64,000 nt of DNA from Ophelia neglecta. Taxonomy: Eukaryota. Below, piece after piece: positions 27,709-39,944 of this stretch. The DNA lies in contig OZ260665.1 of the NCBI GenBank assembly GCA_965285935.1, positions 55,242,001-55,306,000 on the forward strand. Reading direction: 5' to 3'. The position numbers were made by a program, and so were the translations under genes. Below the pieces are notes generated by a model that saw nothing but the letters and a program-made list of their open reading frames with translations, made no database searches and was not told the DNA's origin. Each line of letters begins with the position of its first letter. Position 1 is the stretch's first letter.

Positions 27709-30700
27709 GGACTCCCTATAGGAGTACTTCCTCTTTCCCTGATTAAAGGGCGTCACCTTTGACCAGAGCCGGGCGGCTTGCAAAGTTTTTATCTTGAAAA
27801 TTGCCGACCAAAGAACCAGGAAGGTGTCGATGCTACCTTTTTATTTCACCGATAAAGATTTTCAATCTTCTTAGCGTAACTACAGTTACCCGATACCGGA
27901 TCACATTTACTAAATCTACCTAAAAGCAAGATATTCTGGCTGCAAAGTAAAGGCGGCAACTGACTTTTAAAAGCCGTGAGGAAAAACTACAAAATTAAGT
28001 CATACCTCAAAGTTTCGTTTTGATCACACAACTCTTGGAGTATCACTGGAATGAAGAACCTTTTCTTTCGATCTGGAACATGCAATAAATTATTCTATAC
28101 ACAAGCCATCATTAGGTTTGTAGATTAACTTGAAACAAAACGACAAGATTGGACATTCGAGGGAACCGAAATGACCATAACTTTGTTCCATTTCGCGCAA
28201 GGTTTTCATTAATATGCATTGCTTATAATTGCGTTGAAAATATCATTTTGTAATATTATAGGCCTATGTATGAAATATCTGTTGCGACAACCTAAATATT
28301 TGGCATTTTAATTGCTATGGATGTTATAATCAAATTAACTCCATGAGACAATGACATAAACAAGTTAGGTCTAAGAACATTGTTTTAAGCAAAGAGTAAA
28401 TTCAAGAAGCGGTTAATTAAAAAACTGACTGTATCGTTAACGTACATTATAGGCATGTGTGAGTGGTGAAGCCCCAAGTTTCATATAAAAGAGCTCCGAT
28501 GGTCCCTCTGAAAGAGAATTGTCATAGTTCAGTGAACATGAGGTCGTGATTGCCGCAATTGACATTATTACGCAGAATACTTCATCTTCTTTACTTCCTT
28601 GATAGTACAGGTTTCAAAAAAGGGGCTACCAAAGAAATACATGGTTTTATATAATGATTATCAATTAGCTTTCAATAGTTACATTTACTGGTAAAATGTG
28701 AACTACCCTTGGATGACATCTACTTCTGAACCAACCAGTATAAAATACGATTGGCAGTGGTTTAATTGTTGAAAATACATATATAGTAATCAAAGTATCG
28801 CATACTGACAAAAAGATTAGACAGTAGTATGATTTATACCATCTGCAGGCCATCTTTACTGATTTGACCACCACCCCCACCCCCCGCCCGAGATGTGCCG
28901 AGGAATCTACCGTGAACACGCTTTGTTGGATCTAGGCGAACTTGTCAACCACTTGGGCCGGAGCTAGGCAAAATCAAATCAATATTGAACAACGAGTATG
29001 TTTTTTTTTTAAATTGCTTTATCAGAGACTAAATAGTGTTTGGAAATAACAAAGTCTATTATATTCACATTGCTACATAGCTCTCGAAGTTAAAAAAGTA
29101 AAGGCTAGATTTGGATCACTTGAAACGGGAAGAAAGTGTTTTTCCTTCAGTCGTCAATCAAGCAGCCAATACGCAAATTTGAAACAAAGATGTACTCCTG
29201 CGTGGGTTGGGAACGAAATTAAGAACTCCACTACCACAAAGCGTTTCATGGAAGGCTTTGAAATGCATATCTAAATGTATTCCTGGTACTTTTCCTTTAT
29301 CACCGTACACCCTACTATGATATTAATATGTAGCACTTAGACCGATACATTATCCTATATCATGTTCAACTCCATTCACTGACTGGCAGAATAATCTTCT
29401 CAAGAATTGTACCTATTCAAAAGTTATAGAATAGGCCGCTTTGGTTCAAATGTCATACGGTCCAGATCGGGTGAAAATATATATAAGTGGCCATATCTTA
29501 TATCAAACTATTTTAATACCAGCATTGGCAAATTTATCCAAAGTCAATATTACTTGTAATATGAGGCATAAAACTTTGTGCATTGCAGGGAACAGGCATA
29601 TTAATTGTTCTTCTATGATACAAGCAACACTTTACACATCAAGGGCACCTGAACCATTTTGATATAATCCTAATTGATCAGCGTCTATATACTTTTGGCC
29701 ACCACAAATGGTCAGTAATTGCTCAAAATTAGAAGGAATCACTTGTTTTATAAATTGCTACAATATCGACTTTCATGGCCAGGTACAAAAAATTATGAAA
29801 TTGTCACAATTCCATGTTCAAACATCTTAGCTGTGGCTTCGCAAGTCCTTAAATTGATAAATGGAATTTAAAAAATTTCACACATACATTAAAAACAGGC
29901 AAAACTGGTTAATAAACTTTATTTTGTACGAAGCGGCCACTTAATCCAATGTGATAACTTTTAATTGTTTAAGGTTATATATTTGTTAATTTTATTCCTC
30001 CGAAGAGTAACCTTACACGCTAGGCGAAATAAAGAATGTTTCATATGACCGTCCTTAATGTAAGCATGAACTATATTGAACCAAAGAAGATTATTTAAGT
30101 TAGTAATGAGAGGTAGACTATTCGTGCGTTTTATATTATTATCTGTTGGTTTTGAGACGATGTCCATATGAAGAACCTTTTTCAAACACAACTTATACGT
30201 ATAAATTGTCAGAGCGTTCCAGGGATGGGTCATTTTTAATTTATTAAATGGTTTATGGATCTATATATTAGTACGCAAACATAGAGCTTTAGTTTCATTA
30301 ACTTGCACTTGGGCTGATGTTATATTATATCGATTTTATAGTGTTAAGCGCCTTTGTACATGTTTTTAATAGAAAATGTCCTGTGAGCTTGCGGATGTCA
30401 TCCGAATAAGCCCCGTTTTACGCAAACGCGCTGCCATAATACCCCTGTTGGGGCATTTAAATTTGTTCTGGCCCCATTGTGTGTACAGCTGTTGAGCGCG
30501 GTGTATATAAGTGTTGATTTTTCATCTTTTGTATCTATGATACGTTAATGTTAGTCCCATTGGATATATGGGTGAAGTAAAGCATTGTTCTTGGCTGTTC
30601 CAAGCAACATAAAGGCTGATGGGACTATACATTAATGGACGGCTGCAGTTGTGCTCTAAAGTAGTGTTCGGGTAGTTTTATAATGTAGCATATACTAAAT

Positions 30701-31088
30701 GAATGTTATTCAAATACTCTTACTATACAGATTGCGTAGGAAGTCAACATATAAATAATTAAATGCAGGCACATCCTGTGGTGTTTTGATTAATGCCTTG
30801 AAAGGTTTTTTCTTATATAGGGATGTTTATTACTGGCAACCACAATCAAACATGTATTGAGGAACATCTAAGCTATCAAAAGGAGACCATACCCGAATCA
30901 ATAGAATAAAGCTTCAGTTATGGGAGACGCCCGCACAGGCTGAACCATCTCTTTGAATAAATAGTGAGCACTACTCAGTACAGTTCCTATATGGGCGTCA
31001 TGCACACCTACGAATCACATGATTGACAAGAGGTAATACGAAACAGTCATTATTTACTGGTTAAAAGTTCACTGAAAAAGACTCAATA

Positions 31089-32297
31089 ATGAGGGTGTTT
31101 GTGTTAATTTTCTGCAACTTATTGCATGCTTTGATTATCAACGCTCAGTTGGATTCATCTACAATGACTGAAGTAGGAAAAGACGTCACTGAGCATATGA
31201 AGACGGGAGAAAACATAACAGAAAGTGGCCCTAGCAACTTGACGGCCATAGCAAGCAAGATGCTGATTTATAAGATAGGTATGGGGATTCACAGGTACTA
31301 TTTTCCGGTGATAATCGCGGTGGGACTTATGGGAAACATACTTTCCGTAGTGGTGATGCTACAGCGTCAAAATCGTCGGCTATCTTGTTGTGTGTACATG
31401 GCCGCCCTTGGGATCTGTGACAGTTTTAACCTGTCTATTGGGGCGGCCTACTGGACTGTCACTGACTCCCCTCTCACCAGACCGCTGTTCAAAGAGGAAT
31501 GTACAGCGCACGTTTACCTATTCCACAGCTTTCAACTCACTGGCGTTTTGATCATCCTCAGCATGACGGCAGATCGAGTAATCGCTATCAAAAAGCCACT
31601 GAAGGCCACGGTTGTTTGCACTCCAAGAAGGGCCCGTTGGTCGAGCGTCTGCTTTGGAGTGTTCTCATTTGCCTTCTGCGTCCCTTACTTGTTTCAGTCC
31701 GACACAGCCGGGGGAGGAAAACTATGTGTCACCTTCACCAAGGCCGGACCCAAGGAGATGTTCTACTCCTTTCTCAGCGTCTGTCTGAACTGTTTTGGCC
31801 CTTTCATTCTCCTTCTTGTAATGAACGTGATCATCATAACAACCATCAAAAGTCGTGGCAATTACTTCAAGGAGAAAGTGGAAGCCGGTACAAAAGGAAC
31901 CACAAGCGATGAAGACATTGCCAAGAAGAAAGCAGAAACAAGCGATGAAGACCTTGCCAAGAAGAAAACAGAAAGAAGGGTGGAAGGACAACTAACGATA
32001 ATGCTGTTGTTGGTAACATTCACTTTTGTCCTTCTCACATTGCCCCAGTACATACGATTTGTAACATTTCTCTATGTCAGTAAGATTTCGTCTCCTGAAA
32101 GACACGCTTTGTATATATTTATGGCCCAAGGCAGTAACAAACTTTTATATACAAATAATGCTGTTAATTTCTATTTGTACTGCATCGGTGGTTCCAAGTT
32201 CAGGCAAGACCTGAAGAAATTGTTTTGCCCCAAATCCCAGATAATTACTAGTAAATCGTCAATGAGCATAAAATCAATGACATCATCAGTCAATTAG
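31089..32297 (+). CDS. Intronless rhodopsin-class (class A) peptide GPCR, FMRFamide/sex-peptide receptor/GPR139-like group
   Basis: 402-aa ORF with seven hydrophobic segments: GN in TM1, LGICD in TM2, DRV (DRY position), ECL Cys pair, LP in TM6, NNAVNFYLY (NPxxY position) and FRQDL helix 8. The true start may be ATG 31164. Confidence 0.93.
   Translation: MRVFVLIFCNLLHALIINAQLDSSTMTEVGKDVTEHMKTGENITESGPSNLTAIASKMLIYKIGMGIHRYYFPVIIAVGLMGNILSVVVMLQRQNRRLSCCVYMAALGICDSFNLSIGAAYWTVTDSPLTRPLFKEECTAHVYLFHSFQLTGVLIILSMTADRVIAIKKPLKATVVCTPRRARWSSVCFGVFSFAFCVPYLFQSDTAGGGKLCVTFTKAGPKEMFYSFLSVCLNCFGPFILLLVMNVIIITTIKSRGNYFKEKVEAGTKGTTSDEDIAKKKAETSDEDLAKKKTERRVEGQLTIMLLLVTFTFVLLTLPQYIRFVTFLYVSKISSPERHALYIFMAQGSNKLLYTNNAVNFYLYCIGGSKFRQDLKKLFCPKSQIITSKSSMSIKSMTSSVN
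31902..31973 (+). repeat. 36-bp in-frame tandem duplication in GPCR intracellular loop 3
   Basis: acaagcgatgaagacattgccaagaagaaagcagaa followed by acaagcgatgaagaccttgccaagaagaaaacagaa (2 mismatches), encoding TSDEDIAKKKAE / TSDEDLAKKKTE. Confidence 0.9.
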
Positions 32298-34961
32298 ATT
32301 TCTTTGCGCAGACAATGTTTGTAAATATTTAAAGCAAAATAATGACAACTAACTATGACAAGATCATAGAGGTGACTTCCTTAGTTTTCTTCTGTTTTTG
32401 TACCTGTTTTACAAACAAATCACCACACGTACCATTGTTTAAGACCTCAGTCTACATGAGAGAATTGGTCAGGTTTAACTTTTGTTTATATTATTATAAA
32501 TCCCTATTCTAGTATACAAAGAATGGAAATGATTCGACAGTATTTTCACCTGCATCAGTGCCATAGAAGCTTGAAAAGCATTGCTAATAAAAATAAAGCA
32601 TTTGCTTCTTAGCAGCATATGGCGCAAATTTTCGCTTAACAGTTATTATAGAATGAATCAAGACTTTGGGCATGGGTGAGATTTCTACTCGGTCATAAAA
32701 GCCTTTAACTTCCAGAATGATTTTGATATCTTTGTCACATACGAATATTCAAAACAGTTTCAAGCAAATTGATTAACACTAATGATGTATTGCTGTCTAA
32801 GTAGAAGTTTATACACACTTGTTACTTTTCTAGAGAATTGAGATGGCTTTAAGATATAAATAGAAAGAAACACCTAGCCATGGGACAATTCCTTCATCAA
32901 ACTATGATATGGGCAATGCTGTTTGCTGTAGGTTACATAGATTAATTATAAAATAATCATTAACAATCAAACATTAACTAAATGTTGTCGTGCGTATAGG
33001 GGTAAAATATTAATCGATTTCCTATGTATTATGGAAACACTGATTCAAGGTTATTATATTTTTGGATTCTCGGGATGGCAACTACTTTCAGAATGCCATG
33101 CCCAAACAGATAGCGATTGGTATTTATTTTCAATGCTGAAAGGGCTTTTTTAGTTAGCCGGAATTTCGCAAGCCTTCGATTCGCAAGTTAGCTGGTCTAA
33201 CACTCTTTCTCCTGAATAGAAATGGTAAGCCTCCGTTAAGAGAATAGGGCAAATCATAACAGGGAATGCTTCTCCCTGGGCCAAATCTGTTGCCTTTGAA
33301 TAGCACATCGCAGTGATCGAATTGCAAGGAAATGTATTGTTAATTTAGTGGTACAATAAAAGAGTAATTACATAAGAGATGATTTTTTATGAGTGGTTCA
33401 CTTTAAAGCTTTTCCTATCAACGTTGTGGCGGTATAAAATTATAATAGATTTATTAGTTGTCAAGGTTATTGTGTCCGAGGATACTCGTCTAGAAAATAG
33501 CGAATTGTAAGGTGAATGAACTTATTCATTGTGGTAAAGCCATAGCTCAGAGGTAACTTGAGGCTGGAAGTAGTGTCTCATTATATGCAGAATATAGTAA
33601 AATGTTAACCTAAATTTAATTGTATAATAATTATAGTTTAGCACTTGTATTATCATTATATGTGTAATCGTTTTAGTACAGTGACATGGATATTTCAGAT
33701 ACGGTGGTAAATGGAACATGGAAAATATAAACGTTCTATGTTTAGCTTCTAGCCAAACGGTGGTCAGAGGTAACTTAAGGCTCGTAGTAGTGTCTCACGG
33801 AACATATTAACGTTTGGTGGAAAATGGACAAGGAATATGCCATTCACTCACAGTTCACGGCGTGGAACATGTAACATTCCCTGGCCAGTGTTGATTTCCT
33901 TTAAAATATATTCTTAGATCATTTACAACAGATGATGTGTTCGTGAATTCTGTGTTTATATTCCTGTATAAATGTCCATGCAAAACCTCGAAACAAGATG
34001 TCTTTATTTTAAAAATATATATTAAAACTAAATGTCGAAGAATTTTCTTTCATTTCATTCAATTCGAGTATTTGTCAAAACAGGAGAAAAATGAAAGTAT
34101 TAAAATTCTAATAGTTATAACAGCAAGTTATTGGGTTCCCCCATGGTCAACCTGTGGGAAACTTAACAACTGACTTGAGGTAATCTGATACAGATAATGC
34201 ATTTCCGTGCATAATTATCAGCAATAACAAATAACTAACAGACGAACGAATTTTCAATTCACTTTTCGATGCGCCATTTATAAATTGTAACCGTGATTCC
34301 TTGATTAAACGGAAAGGTAGGTCTTTTTTCGTTTTTGCAGTTTGGGTTGATTACAAATTTGTTTAAAAAAGGATGTTTTTAGTTTGTTTTTTTTTTATAA
34401 AAAAAAACACAATTAGTTAACTATCAAGTAAGTAATTTTACGTTTTGCCTACGAAAATAGAGAAATAAGCCACAGGCGTTAGCCATTTATTTGGTGTGAG
34501 ATCGCGACGGCAACAAGCTAACGAGTCAGCTTTTTTTCTAGACAGTAAATTGTAACAGAAAACAAAAACAAACTGACTGGTTTGCCCGTGGCGACAGCAA
34601 CTTTAAGCTAAGAAATGTTAATTTAACTAAAAAGTAACCAAATCCAGCTGGCATGTGATCGATACCTCTATCATGTCTTCAAACCATAATTTCATTAAAA
34701 ATAAGTTGTTTTAAAGATACTAGCACAATAACCGTTTAATTCATAAACTGCTGAATTAGTTCGCGCGATTATAGTACCGTGTTTGTTCGCGTACTTTGAA
34801 AAAATAGGCATAAAGGTTGGTGGCATCCTGACATCCTAATAGGATTAACATGGAAAACAGCATTGACCACCCCGCGTTCGCCTCGCACGTTTCTAGTAAT
34901 AATGATGAATAATAATATTGGCATTTATAGAGCACTCCTAACCCTAGTGGTGGCAGCCAAC

Positions 34962-37900
34962 ATGAGTAGGTTGATAATAACTTTACTGCTGGTAAGCACG
35001 GTGATTGGACTTGTCTACGCAAATGGTAAGTGACGTTTTATATGAAACATGACACACAAATATATTTCTTTATTTAGAAGAGTTTTCCTCCGAATTTATT
35101 TGTGTCGTATAGTCATATTTATTTTAGAAGCTGTGAATATTTAGGGTCCACGCGACCAGATCACTATATAGTCTAACCCGCGAGAAAGGTATAAAAGTTT
35201 AACGTTTAAAGAACGATCAAAATTGTTATAACGGTAGTGGGGGTGAGGGGTGGATGAAATATGGAAGTTATGGGAGCGATCTTTTCATAACTTTTTATTT
35301 CATTTACATCGTTTGCTACATTCTTCATTGCCTTTCTATTCGTTATAGTTGTTAAATTAAAGTTTAAAATTTACATTGAGATCAAGGTCATAATAGAGCA
35401 AGACAATAATTGGAATCACATCACATTGTTCCGTGTATACTCACAAATTAAATTAAAGGCCTTGTTGCTAAAATGAAAAAAATAAAGTTGGTGTAAATGG
35501 CACGAAATGGAGTTCTATAGTTAGTTGGCATAAATTGAGAATTGTGCGATTAAACATCGTGCGATTAAACATTGATTTAACTTAAGTTCCAGGTCCCTAT
35601 TCGAAAAAGGTAGGAACTGACCGCTAAATTGAGCTTTTCTATCGGCAATCCTCCGGCAACTTAAGAAAAAGGTGCTGATTTCCCCGGAGTAATATAATAT
35701 TTATATATTGACATACATAAAGGAACATTAAGGGGAAGCAGAAAACTTTTAGTTCAATATAGTCAACTGTTTAACTTTAACTAAGTATATGTTGCTCTAC
35801 CGGTCTTGCATGTTGCCGTATTGAAGAATAAAGGGGTACTTTTTTTTATACAAACAAAGAGTATCTCAGAGTGTGTTACTACACTAACTGGTCCCAGTAC
35901 CGCCCAGACCCGATGAAGTTTTTCCCCGAGAATGTGGACGTGAGTTTGTGTACTCACCTCATCTATGCCTTCGCCAATATGGAGGGAAATTACCTGATAC
36001 CTTATGAGTGGAATGATGAGAGCAACGACTGGATGGTAGGCATGTAAGTATCGTGTTGTTCGACCTGAATAGGCCTGCTGGGCAGGGAATAGTATGCTCT
36101 ACACAAGATAAAACAGGGTGGAGTTGCTGGTGAAATGAAATTTCTTAATAAAAGAAATGATAATCAATATCAGGCTACTCTCTGTTTCAAATGTTAGTCT
36201 GCATAAAAATAACTCCAAGGAATGTGAAAGATATTGAATGATTTAATTAAACTCCATGAAAAAATCATGTTTTTTATTGGTATGAGCGCTTCAACAATCT
36301 GAAGAGGCTTAACCCCAACTTGAAGACCCTGCTCGCCGTTGGTGGTTGGACGTTCGAAATACAGAAGATGACAAGCATGATAGCGACGCGAGAAAATCGC
36401 ACTGAATTCATCGAAGACTCCATCAACTACCTTCGAGACAGAAACTTCGATGGCTTCGATTTGGACTTCGAATATCCGGGAAGCAGAGGAAGTATACCAG
36501 AAGATAAACAACGTTTTACCCTCCTCGTTCAGGTAAAAATGAAAGAGGCATTGCAGCTCAAAGAAGTAGAAGTAATACAAAGTTGCCGAATAGGTCTTTT
36601 TTTTAGATATTGCGTTTGTTTACACACATACACCTTTACAGGGATAAACGTGTGTTTCAGTGATATGGAAGAACGACTCCCCTAGATAGAGTCTCGCGTA
36701 TATTTTTTAGACGTGGGATTTTCCATGTTTATATTTGTCAAACCAAATTTTTATAAGGCTGTATTGTCTCAGCCATGTTTGTTTAAAGCATTTTATCTTT
36801 TTATGACCAGGAATTGAAGGCGGCTTTTGTTGCAGAAGGTCTAAGAACAGGGAGACCTCCGCTGATCTTGGCTGCCGCGGTCGCCGCTGGGAAAGACACG
36901 GTCGATATAGGTTACGAAATACCACTTCTCGCCCCGTAAGTGATTATTCATTAAATTAGGGCTCTTCGTTTAACCATCTAATATGTCTAATAATAATACA
37001 TTCATACTATGAGTCCATGATCTAAGGCTAGATTTTAATCATTTCTTGCCTAACTCAACTATGAATACGTCTTTTAAAGTCCTCGCAAAGTTAAATGTGA
37101 GTGTCTGTAAATGTCCTTGCGCAAGTTGAAAATGATTAAGAGAATACGGCCAGTACAAATACAGATCTAGAAACTTAGCCTATTATATTATGTCTACCTG
37201 CAGAGAATATTTCTTTTATTTTGTTTAATTGAAAAACTGTGATTGTAGATCTGTTGACCTTCACTGGGTTGCCAATATTACTTCACCTTTCAAAGTTAAG
37301 TCAACAATATAATTGCAGACATTTGGACTTTATCAATCTTATGTCATATGATTTTTTCGGAGCTTGGGACGACACTACCGGTATTTCTTCTCCCTTGTAC
37401 GGCAGAGAAGGACTCGAAGGCAACGCAACGTACTACAACATAGTAGGTTATCAAAATCACATTCGTTTAGTTCCAATACCTTCGATTTAAAAAGTGATAA
37501 TCTTTTAAAAGTGATAGCTTGGCAGTGTTTAGCGGAAATATGCTTCCGCTGCTCATCTGAACGGAGACATTCAATATAGATCTCTATAAAAAAACAACAT
37601 GGCGGATAGAAAAAGCAAGGAACCATACTAAGAAGTTGATTTTATCATCGAATGATTTATATGTCACGAGATATGTTTATGTTATACGTTTAAAATATTA
37701 CACGAATTACGTTAACATCCGTTGTAAATAATGGTTTCCGAGGGAAATACGGTGTTGGGCCACTTTTGTATGCTCACAGGAATTTGGGGCAACTTACTGG
37801 CACGAGCAAGGGTTTCCAAAGGAGAAGATGGTTATTGGTATGGCAACATACGGCCGTGGATTTACCCTCGTCGACAGAGATGTAAACCATGTTGGCGCTC

Positions 37901-39944
37901 CGGCTAAAGGCCCTAGTGAAGCGGGGGACTTCACCCAAGAGCCCGGTGTTTTCACCTACTACGAGGTGAGTTGTCTATCGGTATTTGGCGCGGCTACGAC
38001 TGCTGCCAGAAAACAGTAGAATAACCCTACAATAAGCCACTTTACAACCCGCTTCCGGTGCATGACAGAGAAGCAGAGAAGCGACAAATTTTTAATTTCC
38101 ATATTAATTTGACATTAGACCTACTAATATTTATTCCAGTTTTTAAATGGCTCTGTTTCCCTATTCGAAATTCCTTATTTATTGGGATCAAGTAACTTCC
38201 GCTTTCCCTTTTTGATATTCCTTGCTTAATATCATCAAGTTGGTTTCTGTTTTCATATTCCACATTCGTAACTTATTCGATTCAAATTAAGATCTGTTTC
38301 CCTAATCGATATAGTCATTTCTTAATAAAATCAAGTTGACCCAAGCTCTTCTTTCATTTATTCAAATGTGTTACCTATTCAAGTTATATAACTTCATGTT
38401 TCCCGATTCGATCCAATGTTTTTAATTATTCGAGTCCACTTGGTTCTGTTTTCCTATTCGTAAGCCATAACTTTTTGACTCAAACAAGTTTCCATTTCCC
38501 TATTCGATAGTGATTACTTGAGTAAAGTCAAGATATTTCTATTTTCATTTTTGACATTAAGTACTTATTCGAGTGAAATTAGTTCCTCTTTACCAATTCA
38601 ACTGTTTTCTCTATTCGACTTATTCGGATCAAATCATGTCTTGATTCCATATAATATAATTATTACCTGTTTCCCTATTCGATATTTATTAATTATTTTA
38701 GTCCAATTGGCCCTGATCATGTTTATAGATACACCTAAGAGATACCGTCATTTTTTCTAGATATGTGATTATTTACTGGGCGGCTGGCCGGACACTGTAA
38801 TAAGGTGGCACCCCGAGCATCAGGCTCCCTATGCTTATCTGGACGACCAGTGGGCCGGATATGACGACACAGCAAGCCTTGAGCTGAAAGTAGGTCAAAC
38901 TCTCAATTATATACATGTATATAGACCATGGTCATCCCCTAGACGTATTTCTTTGTCGGCCATTCGTGTTTTTATCGATGCAAGTTATTTTAGGTGAACT
39001 GGCTAAAGAACAACAGTTATGCCGGGTGGGTGGTCTGGTGTTTGGATTACGACGACTTCCTGGGCATTGAATGCGGAGGCACAGAATACCCCTTGCTAAA
39101 AACACTCAATAGGGCTCTGATCGGAGAATTACCTACAACGCCGAGCGCCACAGGACCGACATTGTAAGTATTGTCACGATAAACATGAGCACTCCTCTCA
39201 AATTAACTCAGGAATCTACTTTTTCACTCTGAGAATCCTATATTCACTTTCAGGAGTTCCCCTATTAATCCAAGTGGTCAGTCGACTCCGGCAACCTTTC
39301 CCTCCAGTCCCGGAACAATTCCACCAACCTCCTCACCCCCTCCAGACGGTACACTTAAATTTACTTTCCATATTTACAGAATTTTAACTGTAGCTCCCAA
39401 ATAAATACTCATCGTTAGTAATATACATGTATACCTATAATAATAGCCTTAATCTACAAATTAAGCTGTTTAGATTTGGTTGTTACTCATTCAAAAGACC
39501 ACAATTTCAACGCAAGTTTATAGACATTTAGAAGCAGGCGTCCGAGGCGACAACTGATATATCCCAATACAATGGTACAAATTCAGGCATATAGGCCTAT
39601 ACATTTCACAAGCCTTTGAGTAGGAAAATAGTGCAACTAACTACCATTGATGGCGTATAAAATGGCCGTATTGGTTCTTCCTGTTCTCGTAGCATGATTC
39701 ATTGATACGACATGTCCTTAAATTTGTCCCTTTTGCAGGTGGGTACTGTGCAGAGTTCGACCTTGAAGATGGTTTTTACCCAGACCCAGAAGACTGCTAC
39801 AAATATTACCAGTGCTTTCAACGCCGAGGCTTCCACAGATCATGTTCGTCAGGAACTATTTTCGACCCTTTCCTAAGTCTTTGTAACTGGCCACACGCGG
39901 TCGATCAGGACTACGTCTGTAACTATTGCGGATTAATATGTTAG
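34962..39944 (+). CDS. GH18 chitinase (chitotriosidase/AMCase-like) with Ser/Thr/Pro linker and CBM14, copy 1, ~511 aa; one non-canonical acceptor
   Basis: Exons 34962-35025, 35860-36043, 36280-36532, 36811-36935, 37319-37442, 37780-37965, 38761-38889, 38994-39163, 39254-39348, 39739-39944. Signal peptide MSRLIITLLLVSTVIGLVYA, VCYYTNWSQYR, LLAVGGW, catalytic [30 protein letters not shown], and CBM14 cysteine pattern. Intron 2 ends in TG at 36278-36279. Confidence 0.9.
38150..38690 (+). repeat. Degenerate minisatellite with core TGTTTYCCTATTCGA in chitinase-1 intron 6
   Basis: About 10 imperfect recurrences of tgtttccctattcga / ttattcga at irregular spacing (e.g. 38154, 38294, 38447, 38495, 38603, 38668). 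Confidence 0.6.

Noticed and set aside
28880-28970. tRNA-like A/B boxes on the minus strand
   Set aside because: No cloverleaf can be folded. At most a decayed SINE head, too weak to call.
31499-32053. Alternative-frame and antisense ORFs overlapping the GPCR
   Set aside because: Shadow ORFs of a GC-richer coding region, with no recognisable motifs.
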